Virus genome (UHGV): UHGV-0038016
Origin: a virus
Length of the DNA: 64,000 nt
Direction: 5' to 3' (one strand)
Part shown: positions 58,649-64,000 of the stretch, one piece after another
How positions within the stretch are numbered: position 1 is the stretch's first letter
Layout: each line of letters starts with the position of its first letter
Notes under the pieces: model-generated
Databases searched by the model: none
The model's input: only the letters and a program-made list of their open reading frames with translations
What the model was told of the DNA's origin: nothing
Made by a program: the position numbers and the translations under genes

Positions 58649-60007
58649 CTATGTTGTAAATTTAACAGGCATATTAGCTAATATTTCCCGTTCTCTCAAC
58701 TCTCTAAGTTGATTTTGATAAGAACTCTGACTAGCACTAGGATGAATTTTAAGAGATAATCTTTTCTCCATAATTGAATAATACTCTCCTAAGCTAATAA
58801 CTTTATCATTAAAAACCATATAATCAATACGATCATTTCCTCCCATTGCAATTGCATAGTCTGCAGACAAGGAAGCTAAAAACATTGTTAATTGGTCACT
58901 AGTTCGTTTTATAGAATCAGAACGCCACATTAATGTCCCAGCTAATTGTGATCGAAAATCTTGATTATTACTTATTAAAGCAATAAGCTGATTTGTATTA
59001 GAAGTATTTAATGAAACTCGTTTAGTTTTACCATTTTTAGATAAATTCTTTAAAGAAAAACCTAAGTCAACTCCTTCAACAGTTGCTCTAAGGTCTGTTT
59101 TACTTTGTTTAACTTTAAAAGGTCGTTCATCACTTAATGTTACCGAAACTCCTTCTGCACCTCCCAAGAGAGCAATGTCTGATAATGCTTCATTGACTTG
59201 GCGTTCCAAACCACTTGCTAATTGTGCTTCGAAGGCAAAACCCATCAAATTGCTCAATGAACCAACCATTGTCTTTAAGTTTCCCAATGTTTTTATTGTT
59301 GACGGTGCTTGTCCTCTAACTCCTTCATAACTAGGAGTTGTAATAACCATATTCGATAATTGTTTAACAGACAATCCTTCTTGATTAACTTTATCAATAG
59401 ATTGTTTTAAACCTACTATTAAAGCGTCTGCATTTTGCATCGCTGTCATAGCACTTCGTTCCAATCTAAAGGCTTGAGAAATATTCCTTCCACTTGCCAT
59501 AGAAATAGAACCTTTTATCTGAGCTTGATCCATATTTCTAAAATAATATAAATCATCTACTCTTGAAAGTACATCAAGATATTCTTGAACTGAGTTAGCC
59601 CAATTTTCTAATACTTTGATAATTTCTTTTTCTTTTCCAGCCAATTTTTGTAGTCTATCGGAATCTCCAGATAATAAATCATTAACATATTTGTTTAACT
59701 CTGTATTATTTATACTGAAATTATTTTGTGCTATTTTAAAATTTTTAATAAAATCTGTATTTTCTGTAACTAATTTACTATGAAGACCAGCTTTTTCAGA
59801 AAATTCTTCGGCATTCATTCCTGCCCTAGAAGTAAAATCTGCTTCATAAGCATTAATATAATTTTGATATATTCTATGCTTTGTATCGCCTGAATTAAAA
59901 TCTCTTAAAGAGTATGATTGTAAGGGCTGTAAATTATAGACAGAATAAAATTTTAAGTCTCGTATGTTTTGTAACGTATAAGGTATTTTTGGCAGATTAT
60001 CGGCCAT
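58649..60007 (-). CDS. Hypothetical protein (452 aa) inserted between the tail chaperone region and the tape measure
   Basis: Start chosen at MADNLPK (AAAGGAGGGAGAAGGATG). The track's upstream extension lacks an RBS and would overlap the neighbouring gene. No recognisable motif. Confidence 0.5.
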   Translation of the reverse strand: MADNLPKIPYTLQNIRDLKFYSVYNLQPLQSYSLRDFNSGDTKHRIYQNYINAYEADFTSRAGMNAEEFSEKAGLHSKLVTENTDFIKNFKIAQNNFSINNTELNKYVNDLLSGDSDRLQKLAGKEKEIIKVLENWANSVQEYLDVLSRVDDLYYFRNMDQAQIKGSISMASGRNISQAFRLERSAMTAMQNADALIVGLKQSIDKVNQEGLSVKQLSNMVITTPSYEGVRGQAPSTIKTLGNLKTMVGSLSNLMGFAFEAQLASGLERQVNEALSDIALLGGAEGVSVTLSDERPFKVKQSKTDLRATVEGVDLGFSLKNLSKNGKTKRVSLNTSNTNQLIALISNNQDFRSQLAGTLMWRSDSIKRTSDQLTMFLASLSADYAIAMGGNDRIDYMVFNDKVISLGEYYSIMEKRLSLKIHPSASQSSYQNQLRELREREILANMPVKFTT

Positions 60008-60050
60008 CCTTCTCCCTCCTTTTGGGATAAAAATAGAGACAGGAGATAGA

Positions 60051-60389
60051 TTAACTATCGTTCCTGTCTCCTTGTTTTTTCTCGCTATGCTCTTTTTCGT
60101 CATGAATTTCAAAGTGTTCTAGCTTACGATTTATTTCATCAACTTTATCGGAAACGTTGTCTGTCTTTTCATTTCCTTCTCGGATAAGTGCGACTAGTTC
60201 AGATAATGTTTCGGTAAAACTTGCTATAATTTTGAACGTTTTATCCATTTGTTCGTTGTGTAACATAGTTTGTTCTTGTTGTTTATCTAAAAACTTCCCA
60301 ACTAACCAGACTACCAAAAGGATAGCAACTATTCCGATCGTTAAATCTGACAAACCAGGAGCCGCATTTAAAACATCTGATAAAGACAT
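60051..60389 (-). CDS. Membrane-anchored coiled-coil protein (112 aa)
   Basis: An N-terminal TM helix LTIGIVAILLVVWLVGKF is followed by a charged helical region. Own RBS AAGGAGGAATGAGTACGAATG. An in-frame TGA 9 nt upstream excludes a fusion with the chaperone gene. Confidence 0.5.
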   Translation of the reverse strand: MSLSDVLNAAPGLSDLTIGIVAILLVVWLVGKFLDKQQEQTMLHNEQMDKTFKIIASFTETLSELVALIREGNEKTDNVSDKVDEINRKLEHFEIHDEKEHSEKKQGDRNDS

Positions 60390-60426
60390 TCGTACTCATT
60401 CCTCCTTGTGATAAGAAGGTATAATG

Positions 60427-60936
60427 TTAGTTATCTGACACTGTTTCTGATTCGTTGCTGACAATTTCACTCATAAATTTAGCTACCATGCCTTCAATAG
60501 CTTTCTCTTGAGCAGTATATCCTGATACAGAAGATTGAATAGATTTTTGCATTTGGTCTGAATAAGAATTAATATAACGAATAATGTCTTCTAATTCTGC
60601 AGGGTTCATTGCATCTTGTACTTTGCCTACAATATCATTAGATTCCAGCACATCAAATAAATCTGCATCATTCTGAAGCATTTTTTCTGTAAATGAAAAA
60701 TTAGTATATTCTTTAACTAATTCTACACCAAGGTAGGCATCTAACATATCTTCTCGAATAACGCCACCATTTGCAGATTTCGCAATTACATAAGAAACAA
60801 GTTTAATCTTATTTTCAATTGGAAGATATTGTTTTACTTCAATCTCATAAATCGTACCATCTGCACCTTCAATGTCTACAGTGTTGACACTATCATCAAC
60901 CTTTAATTTAAGTTTACTAAAAGATATTTTACTCAT
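60427..60936 (-). CDS. Tail assembly chaperone (gpG-like, acidic 169 aa)
   Basis: Position between the major tail gene and the TMP; acidic composition. RBS AAAGGAGAG. Confidence 0.5.
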   Translation of the reverse strand: MSKISFSKLKLKVDDSVNTVDIEGADGTIYEIEVKQYLPIENKIKLVSYVIAKSANGGVIREDMLDAYLGVELVKEYTNFSFTEKMLQNDADLFDVLESNDIVGKVQDAMNPAELEDIIRYINSYSDQMQKSIQSSVSGYTAQEKAIEGMVAKFMSEIVSNESETVSDN

Positions 60937-61005
60937 AGTATGTTTCTCTCCTTTTTCTCGTATGTCTTTATCAATAATAAAAAATATGAATTACTTATAA
61001 AAAAA

Positions 61006-61029
61006 AGACCTAGCAAAAATACTAGGTCT
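61006..61029 (-). terminator. Hairpin (AGACCTAG/CTAGGTCT) with flanking A/T runs after the major tail protein gene; bidirectional-type terminator/attenuator
   Basis: AAAAAAAAGACCTAGcaaaaataCTAGGTCTTTT. Confidence 0.6.
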
Positions 61030-61039
61030 TTTATAATTA

Positions 61040-62074
61040 TTAGCACTCATTTTCGCCAATTGGTTCTTCAGCAACATCCAATGCAAACAATGCTTTACAT
61101 TTTTTGTTAAATGGAAGATAATCAGGTTGTGCTTCAACTTGGAATGGGAATGTACTTGGATCACCAGTAGATGCCATTGTGAATGTGAAGTTAGAACTGA
61201 TTTTACCATTTGGAATAGTAAATTGAGCTGGGAAGTCGCGGCTATCAGCTTGACGACGGAACAATGTTGTTGCTTCGATTAAGAAGCTTCCTGCAAATTT
61301 ACCTGGTGTAATTGTCAAGTTTGAACCTGGTTGAGCTACATAGAAGTCAACTAAGTAAACTTTAGATTCGTCTAAAGCATTTGCTCCTGAAACAGCTGTA
61401 GTTGCGCTATCTCCAGCATAAGCACTTGCTAAATAGAATTTTTTAGTTACATTTAATTCAGTATCGTCACCTTGTTGTGACTCAGCCAAAGTAGATAGAG
61501 CTGGTGTAGAAGGAGCTGTTTGTAAAGCACCTGCTGTAACATCAAAACGACGAGTAATTTCACCATGTTCGTTAAGTTCCATTACATAAATACCTGCTTC
61601 AGGATATTTAGCATTTCCAGCTTCTGTTACCAAAGTAGGGTCTGCAGCACTTAGGATTTGTCCATTTTTAGGTAGATATGGAGCTAAATCAAGTACTGGT
61701 ACTTCAGCAGCAGTTTTTTCTCCCAATTGAATAGATGCTTTTGTAACTTCTACACGTTCTGTAACGTGCATATTTACACGAGTATTTTCTGTTAAATTAC
61801 CACCTGATAACAATGCAAAACTACGTGTTGATAATAGAGCTTCTTCAAAGTTGAAAGTAACTGTTTTGTCACCTTCCCAAGCAAGTAAACGAGCATTACC
61901 ACGTCCACCTTGAGCGTAAACAGTAGCAGTTGTAGACTCCAAAGTTGAAGTTTTAGCTGAGTCGAAGTAGATAACTGGTTCACCTTTTTTATACTTAGTG
62001 TTACCAACAGTCATAGCACTTTTAGCCTTAAATACTACGTCTACTATTTCTCGAACGCCAAATTTTTCATTCAT
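61040..62074 (-). CDS. Major tail (tube) protein, probably with a C-terminal Ig-like extension (344 aa)
   Basis: Strong RBS AAGAGGAGGAAAAACAAATG, followed by a terminator. It lies upstream of the chaperone and TMP. Composition is typical of siphophage MTPs. No sheath-sized gene lies upstream. Confidence 0.55.
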   Translation of the reverse strand: MNEKFGVREIVDVVFKAKSAMTVGNTKYKKGEPVIYFDSAKTSTLESTTATVYAQGGRGNARLLAWEGDKTVTFNFEEALLSTRSFALLSGGNLTENTRVNMHVTERVEVTKASIQLGEKTAAEVPVLDLAPYLPKNGQILSAADPTLVTEAGNAKYPEAGIYVMELNEHGEITRRFDVTAGALQTAPSTPALSTLAESQQGDDTELNVTKKFYLASAYAGDSATTAVSGANALDESKVYLVDFYVAQPGSNLTITPGKFAGSFLIEATTLFRRQADSRDFPAQFTIPNGKISSNFTFTMASTGDPSTFPFQVEAQPDYLPFNKKCKALFALDVAEEPIGENEC

Positions 62075-62171
62075 TTGTTTTTCCTCCTCTTATATGAGTT
62101 GTTCTTGGAATTATATTCCCTAATACATCTAGAAAAAACCAAGCTTGTATTATAAAGTTTTGATAGTAAAA

Positions 62172-62987
62172 TTAAACTGACTGTTGCCAGTTTACTACAT
62201 CATCTGCTTCTAAACCTCCAAAAGCCCCAAGTGTAATCTGTGTACGATATTGTTGGAACATTTGTGTTCGATTTAACTGAATAAGAACCTGTGGAAATGT
62301 TAATTTTAAGACCTCTGTTATTGGTATACCATCACTCGTAGCTAAAATTGAAGCCATTGTTCCTATTACAGATTCTTCATCTTTTTTAGCCTTATTTTTC
62401 CCATAAATTTTAGCTCTTCTTTCTGCTGCTGCAGCCATTTTATCAGCAATTTTTTGAGCCATTTCTCCAGCAGGATTTAGTTTCGCTTCTTGATCTTCTT
62501 CTGATTGGTAAGTAAACATATCAGAAACAGTTTCTTTTAATTCTGAGAAATTTTCTGCATCAAGAGTGATAGTATTTATTTTATTTTCTTCTTTGCTAAG
62601 AATATCTATAAAAGATAGTTGAAGCAACATTTTTGTTTCTCCTATGGGAATAAATTTTACTCCTCGTAATGATTCAAAAATTAAAAATAAAAAAGATTCA
62701 ATTACTCTTTTTTCTTGAGTTCCTAAACAATATTTATAAAAAACATCTAGTTCTGATGTTATCGTATAATTTAATTCAACTTCTGTTGCTCCACGTTCTT
62801 CTTCGGGTATTCCTTTAAGTACTTGTTTTTTAAAATAATCTGGAGAAGAACCCGCAAAGATTGCTAAGGCATCAAATAGAGTTCTTTCTCCTAATAAAGC
62901 TATTTCTTTTATCGTTGGTTGATGAATTAATGTAGCAAAAGGTATAAAATAAAAGTCTGTGCCAGCAACTTTTGTTAAAATATCCAT
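62172..62987 (-). CDS. Hypothetical head-tail region protein (271 aa)
   Basis: ORF directly upstream of the major tail gene. Coupled to the preceding gene (TAGTAATG). Confidence 0.45.
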   Translation of the reverse strand: MDILTKVAGTDFYFIPFATLIHQPTIKEIALLGERTLFDALAIFAGSSPDYFKKQVLKGIPEEERGATEVELNYTITSELDVFYKYCLGTQEKRVIESFLFLIFESLRGVKFIPIGETKMLLQLSFIDILSKEENKINTITLDAENFSELKETVSDMFTYQSEEDQEAKLNPAGEMAQKIADKMAAAAERRAKIYGKNKAKKDEESVIGTMASILATSDGIPITEVLKLTFPQVLIQLNRTQMFQQYRTQITLGAFGGLEADDVVNWQQSV

Positions 62988-62989
62988 TA

Positions 62990-63517
62990 CTATTGTATTT
63001 CCGAAAATGAAAACATCATAGTATAACCAAGCATTTTTTCATTAATTTTCAAGCTAGTTGCTCCTAAGAATGTTGCTGGCCCCAAAGATTTCATCTTAGT
63101 ATTTGAAAAAAGTTGGTCTAATTCATTCATTATTAAATATGGACGTTGGTTATATCCATCTAAATTCCAAACTTCTGTGTTGCATAAAATATCAAACACA
63201 AAATTATATGTTAATCCTTGTATTGTAGGCACAATATCAGTAATTTGTACTGCGATAAAAGTATTTACTTCAATATCTTTATCTATAATTGGTATAACAC
63301 CAATATTAGTTCTCATTGCTTCAGCTCGTTCTTCGTCTGTAACAGGTCTATCATCTGTTAAAACATCTGAACCATTGCGAGTAAGCAATTTAATTAATTT
63401 GTCACTTTCTAAAAGACGATTAGCAATAATATTTAGATTGTCCCCACTTGTGATAAATCTATCTTTTATATACATATCTTTTGTAGCTTTTTTGGTTTTA
63501 CTATCATAAATAGGCAT
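62990..63517 (-). CDS. Hypothetical head-tail joining / tail terminator-sized protein (175 aa)
   Basis: ORF. The function is inferred only from its position and size. Confidence 0.4.
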   Translation of the reverse strand: MPIYDSKTKKATKDMYIKDRFITSGDNLNIIANRLLESDKLIKLLTRNGSDVLTDDRPVTDEERAEAMRTNIGVIPIIDKDIEVNTFIAVQITDIVPTIQGLTYNFVFDILCNTEVWNLDGYNQRPYLIMNELDQLFSNTKMKSLGPATFLGATSLKINEKMLGYTMMFSFSEIQ

Positions 63518-63549
63518 ATTAAAATTCTCTCCTTTAACTCATTATTTTA

Positions 63550-64000
63550 TTAAGAAAACATAGATACTGTTTTAGCTGTTACTATATTAGAATTTCCTTC
63601 TTCATCTGTAAACATTATAGTAATTATGTTCCCAATTTTCGTTCCTTTTACATCGACCTCGTATTCATCTACCTTATTAAAGGTTGCGCCAGAAATTTCC
63701 CATGTTCCTTTAACTTTTTCAGACGTCTCTTCATTAATTGCATAAACTCTGCTAACTAATTTTTCTTTAATCTTAGCAGGTGCAACAATACGAATTTTAT
63801 TTTCTTTAGGTTCTTCTTCGTTAGGAGCGAAATCAATTTTACCATTAGGAATTAAAGCTACCATATCATCTGTTACTGGATTGTTGAAATCTTCAACGCA
63901 TGAAAAACGTAAAATATTAGGGTTAGAAATGTCATCGATTACTTGAATTCTCCAACATCTTCCTTTAATATTTATTTTATCATACCTTGTTAAATCACTA
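63550..64000 (-). CDS. 3' portion of a structural gene that continues beyond the window edge (at least 149 codons)
   Basis: The frame containing the track ORF 63550..63864 stays open (no stop) up to nt 64000, and there is no RBS in front of the internal ATG at 63864. The track's 104-aa ORF is therefore a truncation. Confidence 0.55.
   Translation of the reverse strand, partial: SDLTRYDKINIKGRCWRIQVIDDISNPNILRFSCVEDFNNPVTDDMVALIPNGKIDFAPNEEEPKENKIRIVAPAKIKEKLVSRVYAINEETSEKVKGTWEISGATFNKVDEYEVDVKGTKIGNIITIMFTDEEGNSNIVTAKTVSMFS

Noticed and set aside
60390-60936. Expected -1 programmed frameshift producing a G-T tail-chaperone fusion
   Set aside because: The downstream ORF has its own RBS and ATG, and its frame is closed by a TGA 9 nt upstream of that ATG. 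Relative to the G frame it is offset by +1, not -1. No fusion is possible without a second event.
60991-61209. Minus-strand ORF (72 aa) overlapping the 3' end of the major tail gene in another frame
   Set aside because: It overlaps the terminator hairpin and the MTP coding sequence and has no RBS. Spurious.
63550-63864. 104-aa ORF as annotated in the track
   Set aside because: The same frame remains open upstream to the window edge, and the internal ATG has no RBS. It is treated as the 3' part of a longer gene, not as a separate 104-aa protein.
1-64000. CRISPR arrays, integrase/transposase, rRNA/tRNA genes
   Set aside because: No regularly spaced direct repeats, no recombinase motifs, and no RNA-gene signatures were found on scanning the intergenic regions.

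Overview
The window looks like an AT-rich, tailed dsDNA phage of a low-GC Gram-positive host, judged by eye from the sequence. The composition is possibly Lactobacillales-like; a 949-like Lactococcus siphophage is one guess, but this is unverified. It splits into two oppositely oriented modules that meet at a bidirectional terminator at about 24206-24231.

Module 1 (plus strand, 1-24202) is an early replication and nucleotide-metabolism region. It encodes a class Ib ribonucleotide reductase set (NrdE, NrdF, NrdI-like, NrdH-like), a Sak4-like RecA-family ATPase, a DnaB-like helicase, a DnaG-like primase, a RecJ-like DHH exonuclease, a RecD/Dda-like helicase, thymidine kinase, a PHP-domain DNA polymerase III alpha, a P-loop nucleotide kinase, a dUTPase carrying a large insertion, and a RuvC-like resolvase. 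There is also a secreted LysM protein with an Apf/lysozyme-like C-terminal domain, and several small zinc-ribbon proteins. Transcription appears punctuated by a conserved family of sigma-A-like promoters (TTGACx, 17 nt, TGnTATAAT). Several of these promoters are fused to the preceding intrinsic terminator, with the -35 lying inside the 3' arm of the hairpin.

Module 2 (minus strand, 24229 to beyond 64000) is the virion tail module, read right to left. It begins with head-tail and major-tail genes and a tail assembly chaperone. Two unexpected genes then precede a 2673-aa tape measure protein, which implies a tail of roughly 400 nm. Downstream lies a run of very large repeat-rich tail-tip and fibre proteins, including a 2297-aa protein with an internal duplication of about 365 aa. 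After these come a holin and an 810-aa peptidoglycan hydrolase with three catalytic domains (glucosaminidase, amidase_2, NlpC/P60). Six further large genes of unknown function follow (possibly Dit/Tal-like), and the last ends beside the bidirectional terminator.

No tRNA, rRNA, CRISPR array, integrase or transposase was recognised. All protein calls rest on motif recognition by eye, not on searches.
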